Positions 18,979 to 27,691 of a stretch of 64,000 nt of DNA are shown here, piece after piece (the first letter of the stretch is position 1; every line of letters begins with the position of its first letter). Location of the stretch: contig CP060228.1 of the NCBI GenBank assembly GCA_023898565.1, forward strand, positions 696,995-760,994, in the 5' to 3' direction. The DNA is from Candidatus Nomurabacteria bacterium (GTDB taxonomy: Bacteria; Patescibacteriota; Minisyncoccia; Phycocordibacterales; UBA918). Made by a program: the position numbers and the translations under genes. The notes under the pieces were generated by a model. The model was not told the origin of the DNA. It was given only the letters and a program-made list of their open reading frames with translations, and did no database searches.

Positions 18979-19764
18979 ATGCCTGTATTAGCTCGATTTC
19001 GTGCCTTGCCAGATAAAGATAAGGCAGCTTTAGTTCGTAAGTTGGTGGAGAACGGCACGCCAGACTTCGATTACTTCTATTTAATTGGCCTCTCAACCCT
19101 CATGGCCACTCTTGGTCTGCTGCTTGATAGCAGCTCAATCGTGATTGGTAGCATGCTCATTGCACCGCTCATGTATCCTATTCTTGGTGTAGCGCTTGGT
19201 TTGGTAATGATGGGAACGGATGCTTCTTTGTTCCAGCGTGCTTTTAATACACTCATCAAATCACTTGCGGTCGGTTTAGGTCTCTCTGTTGTTGCTGCAT
19301 TTTTATTTGGAAACGAAGCTTCGTACACTACTGCTGAAGTGATGGCTCGTACAAGTCCTAGCCATCTGCATTTACTTGTGGCTATCGTAGCTGGTGCTGC
19401 GGTGGCGTACATGCTGGCTCGACCAGAGTGGGACGATGCGCTACCAGGAGTCGCGATTGCGGTAGCTTTGGTGCCACCACTTGCAACTATCGGTGTAGGA
19501 ATTGCGGCGCTAAGTGCCACCATTATTAAAGGAGCTGCTATGATGTTGTTGCTCAATCTCTTCGGCATTATCGCTGTAGCTGTGACCATCTTTTTGCTTA
19601 TGAATCTGTCTGAAAAAGAGAGTATTGCCAAATCAACTGTAAAGCGCGAAGATGAAAAAATTGAAAGCGAAAACAAAGTGATTGCGGAAGTGGCGCAGCA
19701 GATTACTGTAAACAGTGGCGGAGACAAGACTACTATTATTAAAGAGAATATTAAGGTTGAATAA
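18979..19764 (+). CDS. DUF389/TIGR00341-like hydrophobic-domain membrane protein
   Basis: DFDYFYLIGLSTLMATLGLLLDSSSIVIGSMLIAPLMYPILGVALG signature-like N-terminal region; multiple TM; TTATAAT box 9 nt upstream. Confidence 0.45.
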   Translation: MPVLARFRALPDKDKAALVRKLVENGTPDFDYFYLIGLSTLMATLGLLLDSSSIVIGSMLIAPLMYPILGVALGLVMMGTDASLFQRAFNTLIKSLAVGLGLSVVAAFLFGNEASYTTAEVMARTSPSHLHLLVAIVAGAAVAYMLARPEWDDALPGVAIAVALVPPLATIGVGIAALSATIIKGAAMMLLLNLFGIIAVAVTIFLLMNLSEKESIAKSTVKREDEKIESENKVIAEVAQQITVNSGGDKTTIIKENIKVE

Positions 19765-19770
19765 GTGTCT

Positions 19771-20898
19771 ATGAAAATTCTAACCAGCTTCACCGTTGCT
19801 TCACTTCTGATGATTGTTACTGCGCATACGGCCCTTGCGGAAACGGTGGTGCGCTCGGGTGACACAGTATCTATTCCTGAAGAGCAGCTCATTGAAGGTG
19901 ACTTTTACTCAGCTGCAGGCAAGATAAACGTATCTGGTGAAGTGGGGGAAGATTTGGTAGTGGCTGCCGGGCAAGTCGTTGTAAACGGCTCAGTCGGTGA
20001 CAACGCTTTTATTGTTGCGGGTCAGACTGATGTGCACGGTACTATTGGCGACGATTTGCGCATTGTGTCGGGGGAGGTAACAATCGCAGACCCAGTGATG
20101 GGCGACTTGCTCGTAGTTGGTGGAACGGTAAACATTTTATCAACCGCTTCAGTGGCTGGTGATGTGCTTATTTACGCAGGTGACGCAGTGATAGAGGGTT
20201 CAGTCGGGGGTGACGTGATGGGTACCGTCGCAAACCTTAGAGTCGACTCGCAGGTAGCTGGCGATGTGGACGTGACCGTAGACCAGTTGACACTCGGTGA
20301 TCGAGCTGTGATAGATGGTTCGGTGCGCTATGTGAGCAAGACCGTTGTAATCCGTGGCACCGAAGCCTCGATTGTTGGTGACCTAACCCGTAGTGATCCG
20401 GTGTTGCCAGGTAGTCAGCCTTCGGCTCAAGCCGCTTTGGTGCCAATCATTGTGCTACTTTTTTCGATAGCGGTTTGGTACCTGGTGTCTCGTAAGACGC
20501 TCAGCACTATCACGGCTCGAGCATTGTCAAAAAGTCCGCGACCACTATTGTTTGGTGTGCTGACTATTTTGTTTGCGCCAATTGCAATTAGCCTTCTGTT
20601 GGTGAGTATGATTGGTGCTATTGTCGGAGCCATTCTTTTACTGGGATATCTCCTCTTTATATTGCTTGGCGTGATTGGAGTTGCTGCTGTGCTCGGAAAG
20701 CTCTTTATGCGCCTCTTTACTAAATCAGATGAACAAATTACTCTTTTGGCACTGGTGTCTGGTTCGGTTGTCGTGGCTCTCTTACTGCTGCTTCCGGTGA
20801 TTGGTCAGATTGCATTAGCTGTAGTCTTCATATTGACATTTGGTGCCATTATCGACGTGCTCCTCCGTCCAGGTTCGCCAGCGGGCGAAAATAGCTAA
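19771..20898 (+). CDS. secreted bactofilin-like beta-helix repeat domain fused to a C-terminal polytopic membrane domain
   Basis: Signal peptide ending ALAETVV; about 10 degenerate repeats of the type (V/I)xGxVxGD(L/V); then 4-5 TM helices. 1 nt downstream of the DUF389 gene. Confidence 0.5.
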   Translation: MKILTSFTVASLLMIVTAHTALAETVVRSGDTVSIPEEQLIEGDFYSAAGKINVSGEVGEDLVVAAGQVVVNGSVGDNAFIVAGQTDVHGTIGDDLRIVSGEVTIADPVMGDLLVVGGTVNILSTASVAGDVLIYAGDAVIEGSVGGDVMGTVANLRVDSQVAGDVDVTVDQLTLGDRAVIDGSVRYVSKTVVIRGTEASIVGDLTRSDPVLPGSQPSAQAALVPIIVLLFSIAVWYLVSRKTLSTITARALSKSPRPLLFGVLTILFAPIAISLLLVSMIGAIVGAILLLGYLLFILLGVIGVAAVLGKLFMRLFTKSDEQITLLALVSGSVVVALLLLLPVIGQIALAVVFILTFGAIIDVLLRPGSPAGENS

Positions 20899-20930
20899 AC
20901 ATCACCTTAGTAAATTGGTACACTAAGGTT

Positions 20931-21617
20931 ATGAAACCAGTAGCATTTTTTGACATCGACGGCACTTTTTTTCGTTCGAGCTTGCTAATCGAGTTAGTTG
21001 AACAACTGATTGAGGAAGAAGTGTTCCCGCCAGAGGCTGCTCTTATGTATGAAACGGAGCTCAAGGAGTGGCAGGAGCGAGAAGGTGACTATCATGCATA
21101 CATCAAGGCGGTCATTAACACGTTTATGAAGTATATTAAGGGTGTTCATTACAGCACCTTCGCTGAAATCGGTAAACACGTTGTTAAAGAGCAGAGTAAA
21201 TACGTATATCAGTATACTCGCGATCTCATTTCTGATTTAAAACAGCAAGGGTATTATGTGGTGGCAATTTCGCAATCGCCGAAAACTATTCTTGATGAAT
21301 TTTGTCATCAATATGGGTTTGATAAGGTCTACGGTAGAATTTACGAGATTGGTCCACAAGATTGCTTTACCGGTGTTGTGACAGATGAGCATCTAATAGA
21401 GAGTAAGGCAAATATTGTCAGACGCGTTTTCGACAAGAACGACGAACTCACTCGCTCTGGTTCTATTGCGGTCGGTGACACCGAAGGAGACATTTCGTTG
21501 CTAGAGTCAGTTGAACGACCAATTTGTTTTAATCCAAATCAGAAGTTGCATGACTATGCAAAGCGTATGCAGTGGAAGATTGTGGTTGAGCGAAAGGATG
21601 TCATTTATCATTTATAA
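20931..21617 (+). CDS. HAD-superfamily hydrolase (subfamily IB, phosphoserine-phosphatase-like)
   Basis: Motif I FFDIDGTFF near the N-terminus; motif IV-like GDTEGD. Confidence 0.6.
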   Translation: MKPVAFFDIDGTFFRSSLLIELVEQLIEEEVFPPEAALMYETELKEWQEREGDYHAYIKAVINTFMKYIKGVHYSTFAEIGKHVVKEQSKYVYQYTRDLISDLKQQGYYVVAISQSPKTILDEFCHQYGFDKVYGRIYEIGPQDCFTGVVTDEHLIESKANIVRRVFDKNDELTRSGSIAVGDTEGDISLLESVERPICFNPNQKLHDYAKRMQWKIVVERKDVIYHL

Positions 21618-21628
21618 ATAGTAGTAAT

Positions 21629-21856
21629 ATGAAACGGAAAAGAAAGTTGGAACGTGACAAAGAAAAAGCGGTAGTGTCTGGTGTGCTGGCTGGTCTGGCT
21701 AATTACTATGATCAGGATCCGGTTTTATTTCGTGTAGTGGCAATCACTTTCTTGATTTTGACCGGTGTCTTTCCTGGATTAATCATCTACCTCGCTGCTG
21801 CAGTGGTCATGCCGAAGCGTGACAGCCGGCAGGTAGATTACGAAGTGGTGGAGTAA
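21629..21856 (+). CDS. PspC-domain protein
   Basis: VVSGVLAGLANYYDQDPVLFRVVAITFLILTG is a PspC-domain signature; single TM. Confidence 0.6.
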   Translation: MKRKRKLERDKEKAVVSGVLAGLANYYDQDPVLFRVVAITFLILTGVFPGLIIYLAAAVVMPKRDSRQVDYEVVE

Positions 21857-21857
21857 T

Positions 21858-23222
21858 ATGTTGATTGACCAGTCTCGTACCAGACTTCTAAATGAAGTAG
21901 AAGCCGGGTCTGGTCCGGTAGTGTATTGGATGCAGCGCGATCAGCGCTCAGTAGATAACTGGGCGCTTTTGTATGCCAAAGAGCAAGCTGATGCCCGTCA
22001 GGTGGCACTCCATGTGGTGTTTAATCTGGTTGAGTCGTATGGTAAGGCATCGTTTCGGCAGTTTGCGTTTATGCTTCGCGGTTTGCGCGAAGTAGAACAA
22101 GATTTACTGAGTAAAAATATTCAGTTTGCCCTCCTTGAGGGAGCACCAGAAAAGACGGTTGTTTCGTACATAGAACGTATTGACGCAGGCGAATTGGTGC
22201 TTGATTTTAACCCTATGCCGCTGCCTGCGCGGTGGAAATCTGAAGTGTTACAGAAGCTTAAGCAGCGAGTCACTGAGGTAGACGCACACAACGTGGTGCC
22301 GTGTTTTGCGGCAAGTGATAAGCAAGAATTTGCTGCCTATACGTTCAGGCCAAAAGTACATAAAGTGCTGCGGCAGTACCTCACTAATCTACCAAAATTG
22401 TCTACACACAAATATGGCGAAGCAAAAACCACCAGCATTGACTGGGATACTGTGATTGCTGGAGTGTCTGCTAATCGTGAGATTGGGGAGATTGATTGGT
22501 GTACGCCAGGCATGAAAGCGGCTACGGTTGCACTGAAGGGTTTCGCCTCGGAAAAACTAGACGGGTATGCTACAGATAGAAATGATCCGACCAAGGATGG
22601 ACAGTCAGATTTGTCACCGTATCTGCACTTTGGGCAACTCTCTGCTCAGCGAGTCGCATACGAAGTCAGTCAAGCCTACGACATGGATAAAGAAAGTCGT
22701 GAAGCGTACCTAGAAGAACTGGTGGTGCGCAAGGAATTAGCAGATAATTACTGCTATTACAGCAAGACGCCAGATAAGGTCTCTGGTGCTCATGAGTGGG
22801 CGCAGAAGACAATTGAGGAGCATAAAAATGACGAGCGGGAGTATTTGTACACCAAAGAGCAATTTGTGCACGGTAAGACACATGACGAGTTCTGGAATGC
22901 GATGCAGGCGCAGCTCGTGACAACTGGTAAGATGCATGGTTGGTGTCGCATGTACTGGGCAAAAAAAGTGCTTGAATGGACCAGGTCAGCTGAAGAAGCG
23001 GTTGAAATCGCGCTCTATCTTAATGACACGTACAGTATTGACGGTAATGACCCAAATGGCATTGTGGGCGTCATGTGGTCGATCTGTGGCGTGCATGACC
23101 GGGCATGGCCAGAGCGACCAGTTTTTGGCAAAATTCGCTACATGAACTTCGCTGGAGCAAAGCGAAAGTTTAAAGTCGATGACTATGTTGAAAAGTGGCT
23201 ACCTAAAGAAAGCTTGTTTTGA
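21858..23222 (+). CDS. phr: deoxyribodipyrimidine photolyase, class II-like
   Basis: 454 aa; FAD-binding C-terminal region with LSPYLHFGQLS and HGWCRMYWAKKVLEW motifs. Confidence 0.75.
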   Translation: MLIDQSRTRLLNEVEAGSGPVVYWMQRDQRSVDNWALLYAKEQADARQVALHVVFNLVESYGKASFRQFAFMLRGLREVEQDLLSKNIQFALLEGAPEKTVVSYIERIDAGELVLDFNPMPLPARWKSEVLQKLKQRVTEVDAHNVVPCFAASDKQEFAAYTFRPKVHKVLRQYLTNLPKLSTHKYGEAKTTSIDWDTVIAGVSANREIGEIDWCTPGMKAATVALKGFASEKLDGYATDRNDPTKDGQSDLSPYLHFGQLSAQRVAYEVSQAYDMDKESREAYLEELVVRKELADNYCYYSKTPDKVSGAHEWAQKTIEEHKNDEREYLYTKEQFVHGKTHDEFWNAMQAQLVTTGKMHGWCRMYWAKKVLEWTRSAEEAVEIALYLNDTYSIDGNDPNGIVGVMWSICGVHDRAWPERPVFGKIRYMNFAGAKRKFKVDDYVEKWLPKESLF

Positions 23223-24034
23223 TGACTAAAAAAGAAGCACAATTCGTTGCCGCCGTGTGGGCCCATTATGAAAAGAATGGCCGGCATGATTTGCCGTGGC
23301 GAAAGGCTATTACGCCCTACAAAATTCTAGTATCGGAGCTTATGTTGCAGCAGACGCAAGTGGATAGAGTGCTACCGAAATTTAAACTTTTCATAAAAAC
23401 ATGGCCAACCGTCGCTAAGCTAGCTGTGGCACCGCAAGCTGAAGTGCTGCGAGCGTGGCAAGGTCTGGGGTATAATCGCCGGGCGAAGTTTCTGCACTTG
23501 GCTGCCAAAGCAGTGATGGAGCAGGGCGGAACGTTTCCAAAAGGTGAGCTCGGCTTGCGGAGATTACCGGGCGTCGGTCCGTATACGGCGAGCGCTATTA
23601 TGGCGTTTGCGTATGATATTCCGACCACCATGATAGAGACTAATATTCGTCAGGCATACCTTCACCACTTCTATAAGGATTCTGTTGGAGTGTCTGATGC
23701 TGAGCTTTTATTCCTTATTGAGCAAACCTGCCCGACTGAGCGAGTGCGAGAGTGGTATTGGGCGCTGATGGATTATGGTTCACATCTAAAGCGCTTGCAT
23801 GGGAATATAAACACCAAAAGCAAGCACTACACCAAGCAGTCAACGTTTAGAGGCAGCGACCGAGAAATCCGCGGTGCGATTTTACGCAAACTAGCTGAAG
23901 TGTCTCGGCTACCAAAACAGCAGCTCATGCGGCAGTTGAGTGAATTAGACAAAACTAAGATAGTCAGGCAGCTAAAAAAGCTTGCAGCGGAAGATTTAAT
24001 TTCAGTGGACCAAGGTGGGTACTTCTTGAAATAG
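23222..24034 (+). CDS. HhH-GPD DNA glycosylase, MutY-like N-terminal domain without a Cys4 Fe-S cluster or NUDIX domain
   Basis: LPWRK...PYKILVSELMLQQTQV MutY-like start; HhH LPGVGPYTASAIMAFAY; a single Cys where the 4Fe-4S loop would lie. Start overlaps the phr stop (TGATG). Confidence 0.6.
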   Translation: MTKKEAQFVAAVWAHYEKNGRHDLPWRKAITPYKILVSELMLQQTQVDRVLPKFKLFIKTWPTVAKLAVAPQAEVLRAWQGLGYNRRAKFLHLAAKAVMEQGGTFPKGELGLRRLPGVGPYTASAIMAFAYDIPTTMIETNIRQAYLHHFYKDSVGVSDAELLFLIEQTCPTERVREWYWALMDYGSHLKRLHGNINTKSKHYTKQSTFRGSDREIRGAILRKLAEVSRLPKQQLMRQLSELDKTKIVRQLKKLAAEDLISVDQGGYFLK

Positions 24035-25249
24035 TTATTTACTATCTTCAATATTGAGTGTGCAGAACATGGCGGGAATGCAGAGTGATGCAAAAATAAT
24101 AAAGACGAGATTAAATGGAAAATAAAGTAAGGCAAGTGAGCCAAGCATGGCGCCAAGAACGTATGCCAGTGGCCGAGTGATGCGGAAAAAGCTAATAATC
24201 TGAGCATCGCTGCTTTTTGTCTGTTTGAAGAAGTAGCTTTCTGTGGTTACTTCTACCAAGCTGGCACCAACGCGACTGATAAACATGATAATTGACCAAG
24301 CGAGTAGGCTGGCAACAGTCACAAATGACATCCATGAAGTGGCGATGGCAATAATAAGGAAGCCGAAGCCCATCATTTCTTTCTCACCAATGTACTTGTC
24401 TGCAATGAGGCCAATAGGATATTCGAAGACTACGTAGGCAAGCTGCGCAAAAAACATGATAATACCGAACTCAGTCCATGAAAAGCCAATGTCACGAGTA
24501 AGGTAGATTGGCGCATACACTACCATCATCATGAAAAACATCTGAAGCGTGAAGTTGGCCAAGAATACATTTTTGATATTCGCATTCCGCCAAAACGTTC
24601 TAATTGATGAGAAAAGGTCAATTTCACTGTATTCTGGGTCACTGAAGTCTTTGAAGTAAAAGAGGAGTATGCCCATAATCGGAATGAGGGTGACCGCGCT
24701 TAATAGGTATGGATACTCAAATGTGGCTTCGTTTCCGTTTACCAAAATACCACTGACGAGTGGAGTTGTGGCACCAATAATACTGCCGAGCATCAGCAGT
24801 AGACCGCGCTTGCTTCCGGTGGTGGTTTCATTATTATCAATCTGGTCTTCCATGAAGACATCGAGATTGAAAATGATGAGTGGTACAGTAATAACGTGAA
24901 TTAAGAAAAGAGGGACGGCTAGCTTGAGTTCATTTGCAAATGCCATTGCTAAAACAGCCGCGAAATCCATGGTTAGGAGAAGTAGTGTAAGCTTAAAATT
25001 ACCCACTCGCCGTAGTACACGAGAAACGAACAGGAAGATGAGTACGCTGAGTGCCGAGCCAAGGGTGTACATCGTACCAACTTCTGCGGTGGAAAGAAAC
25101 TGCTCTAGATATGAAGAGTTTATGTATGCTACTAGGTAGCTGTGCAGCATGAGGAGCAGGGAAGCGGCGTAAATCGGAATAATGTGGCGGCGCGTAACGT
25201 TACGTTTGTGGTGCGCACCAAAGTGTGAAGATCGAGGCATAGTGTTCAC
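24035..25249 (-). CDS. MFS-type transporter
   Basis: 404 aa, about 12 TM helices in two 6-TM halves. Confidence 0.55.
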   Translation of the reverse strand: MNTMPRSSHFGAHHKRNVTRRHIIPIYAASLLLMLHSYLVAYINSSYLEQFLSTAEVGTMYTLGSALSVLIFLFVSRVLRRVGNFKLTLLLLTMDFAAVLAMAFANELKLAVPLFLIHVITVPLIIFNLDVFMEDQIDNNETTTGSKRGLLLMLGSIIGATTPLVSGILVNGNEATFEYPYLLSAVTLIPIMGILLFYFKDFSDPEYSEIDLFSSIRTFWRNANIKNVFLANFTLQMFFMMMVVYAPIYLTRDIGFSWTEFGIIMFFAQLAYVVFEYPIGLIADKYIGEKEMMGFGFLIIAIATSWMSFVTVASLLAWSIIMFISRVGASLVEVTTESYFFKQTKSSDAQIISFFRITRPLAYVLGAMLGSLALLYFPFNLVFIIFASLCIPAMFCTLNIEDSK

Positions 25250-25315
25250 ATTATACCTGTCTTAAATAGTGATACTATCAATCTAATTAACAAGCCGCCC
25301 CTTCGGGGCGGCTGA

Positions 25316-25594
25316 TTAGTGAAGGTACGTGATGATACCAATCATCACGGCAAAAATGAGGCAGAATTTGGCGATGGCAGCATCTCTGTCTCGGCCGTGA
25401 CTGAATCCAATCGCAAGCCATACTAGTGCGATTAGTAGATAGACGGCAGCGAGATAGAACAAGGTGTCGGGTACCGGCACAACCAGGCTACTAAAGCAGG
25501 TGATGATGGCCCCAGCGAGCAGTGTGCCAATGACAGCACTTACCATCTGTCCAAGCTCGACAACTTCGTTAAGGCGAGCTGGTGCAAAACGCAT
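25316..25594 (-). CDS. small hypothetical membrane protein
   Basis: Start trimmed to MRFAPARL because the listed N-terminus is the reverse complement of the RNase J terminator hairpin. Confidence 0.3.
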   Translation of the reverse strand: MRFAPARLNEVVELGQMVSAVIGTLLAGAIITCFSSLVVPVPDTLFYLAAVYLLIALVWLAIGFSHGRDRDAAIAKFCLIFAVMIGIITYLH

Positions 25595-25648
25595 ATTCTT
25601 TCTCCAGTGGTTTGTCCGATTTTTATTAAAACATAGATATATAAAAAA

Positions 25649-25673
25649 ACAACCCTTGGTGTGCAAGGGTTGT
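25649..25673. terminator. intrinsic terminator (A-run/hairpin/T-run) downstream of rnj
   Basis: aacaacccttg-gtgtg-caagggttgtt flanked by AAAAAAA and TTTTTCTT. Confidence 0.6.
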
Positions 25674-25678
25674 TTTTC

Positions 25679-27679
25679 TTAAATGCCAATCAAAACTGGA
25701 ATTACCATTGGACTCTTTTGAGTCTTTTGGAGGAGGAAGCTGCTGACTACGTCGGCAAGATCGTCCTTTACGAGTTCGAGGTCGATTGGGTGCATGTGCT
25801 CGGTCTGTCGCTCAACGGTCTTCTTAATGAGGACACGGGCTTCAGAGAGAAGCTGTTGGTTTTCGCGAAGATAGACAAATCCACGAGAGATAATGTCTGG
25901 TGACTTGCGGAGCTTACCGTTCTTGGTGTTTACCGTCGCAATAATCACAAACATACCATCGTCGGCCAAAGTCTGGCGGTCACGAAGCACTACTTCCTGA
26001 CGTGCGCCAACCGTAAAGCCGTCTACCATCATGAGTTCGTTTGGAATCTTCATTGGCAAGACAGTCATTTCGGTGCCGTTTTTAATCTCAATGATGGTAC
26101 CGTTGTCTGGTACAGCTACATTCTCGCGTGGGAAGCCATTTTCTACAGCAGCATACATATGGCTCTTGAGGTGGAAGTGGTGACCGTGGACCGGAATGAG
26201 AAACTTCGGCTTCACTGCCTGGTGTACCCAAACGAGTTCACCAGCGTTACCATGCCCTGAAGAGTGTACGTGCGAGCCTTGGTAGTTGATGACGCGTACA
26301 TTCTTGCGGTAAATGTTATCTTTCAGATTTTGCACCGCCACTTCATTGCCTGGAATTACCGATGACGAAAGCACGATAGTGTCACGTTCGTTGAGGGTGA
26401 TGAACTTATGCTTATCGGTAGCCATGCGCATCAGGGCTGCAAACTGCTCACCTTGGGCACCAGTTGAAAGAATAACAATGCGATCTGCTGGATAATCATT
26501 CATATCGCCAGCGTTGATAAAGGTGCGCTGATCTACTTCCATGAGCTTGGCTTGAATCGCAATGTCAATGTTGGTCTTAATGCTTCGGCCTTCCATGACG
26601 ACCTTCTTACCCATTTCTTCACAGACCTTGATGACGCTGATGAGGCGGTCAAATTGAGAAGCAAAAGTTCCAATAATGAGACGGCCAGTGGCATTGTGAA
26701 TAATGCTTTCGAGGGTTTCAAATACACGTGCTTCAGTGGCAGAGAAGCCAGCTCGGTCAGCGTTGGTTGAGTCACAGAGAAGGGCGAGGTTGTTATTGAG
26801 ACCAACCTTTTCCCATTGGCCGCGCTCTTCAACGACCACCTGTCCATCTTCGTGGACCAGCTTAATGTCACCAGTAATGACCACATCACCGTGCTTCGTT
26901 TCAACACAGACGCCCATAGCGTCAGGAATTGAGTGAGTTACACGGAAGGTTTTAATCTTGGTCTTACCAACGGTAAATGATTCACCCTCTTTGATTACAT
27001 TCATCTGGACAGGCTCCATCTGTGGGAATTCTTCTTGACGCTTCAAGATCATAAGCGACGTAAGATACTGCGTGTAGATTGGTGGGTTGCCAATACGCTC
27101 CATAATAAATGGAATACCGCCAATGTGGTCGAGGTGGCCGTGAGTCACAACCAGGGCGCGAATTTTGTGCTTACGCTCTTCAAGATACTGTGTGTTGGGC
27201 AGGATGTAGTCGATACCAGGAGCGCCCGCCTCTGGTGACACGAACTGGAAGCCAGCATCAATAACAATAATGTCATCCTTGGTTTCAATGATGTTCATGT
27301 TGCGACCAATCTCCTCGACGCCAGATACTGGAATGATACGTACAGTATCTTCATCTGTAATTTCAGGAATGTGTACGCGTGCTTCGTTCGTGTCGAGTCG
27401 GTGGGTGAGCGCCGGCGCCTTGTCTGGACGCCGTCGCTGATTATTGCGTCGATTACGATTATTGCGGCGACCATTCTTTCCGCCATTTCGGTTTCCAGCT
27501 GGTTTATTATCTGAGCGTTTCTGGCCTCCGGTCACACCACGTCCGTGCGGACGCGGTGATCGACCGGTACTAGCGTGGGCTGGTGCACGTCGATTGCGAT
27601 TGCGGCGAGGCCGATGGTTGCTTGTCTGTTCTGTTTTTTCTGTTGTGTTCATACTTACTTTTACTGAATAAAATTTCAA
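25679..27679 (-). CDS. rnj: ribonuclease J with an Arg/Asn-rich low-complexity N-terminal extension
   Basis: Metallo-beta-lactamase HGHLDHIGG; beta-CASP and C-terminal domains. About 100 N-terminal residues rich in R/N/G (RNRNRR, NRNRRNNQRRR). Confidence 0.85.
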   Translation of the reverse strand: MKFYSVKVSMNTTEKTEQTSNHRPRRNRNRRAPAHASTGRSPRPHGRGVTGGQKRSDNKPAGNRNGGKNGRRNNRNRRNNQRRRPDKAPALTHRLDTNEARVHIPEITDEDTVRIIPVSGVEEIGRNMNIIETKDDIIVIDAGFQFVSPEAGAPGIDYILPNTQYLEERKHKIRALVVTHGHLDHIGGIPFIMERIGNPPIYTQYLTSLMILKRQEEFPQMEPVQMNVIKEGESFTVGKTKIKTFRVTHSIPDAMGVCVETKHGDVVITGDIKLVHEDGQVVVEERGQWEKVGLNNNLALLCDSTNADRAGFSATEARVFETLESIIHNATGRLIIGTFASQFDRLISVIKVCEEMGKKVVMEGRSIKTNIDIAIQAKLMEVDQRTFINAGDMNDYPADRIVILSTGAQGEQFAALMRMATDKHKFITLNERDTIVLSSSVIPGNEVAVQNLKDNIYRKNVRVINYQGSHVHSSGHGNAGELVWVHQAVKPKFLIPVHGHHFHLKSHMYAAVENGFPRENVAVPDNGTIIEIKNGTEMTVLPMKIPNELMMVDGFTVGARQEVVLRDRQTLADDGMFVIIATVNTKNGKLRKSPDIISRGFVYLRENQQLLSEARVLIKKTVERQTEHMHPIDLELVKDDLADVVSSFLLQKTQKSPMVIPVLIGI

Positions 27680-27691
27680 TTAATTAACAAA

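Noticed and set aside
25595-25666. N-terminal 24 residues of minus-strand ORF 25316..25666
   Set aside because: The sequence is the reverse complement of the RNase J terminator hairpin. The start was trimmed to the internal Met.
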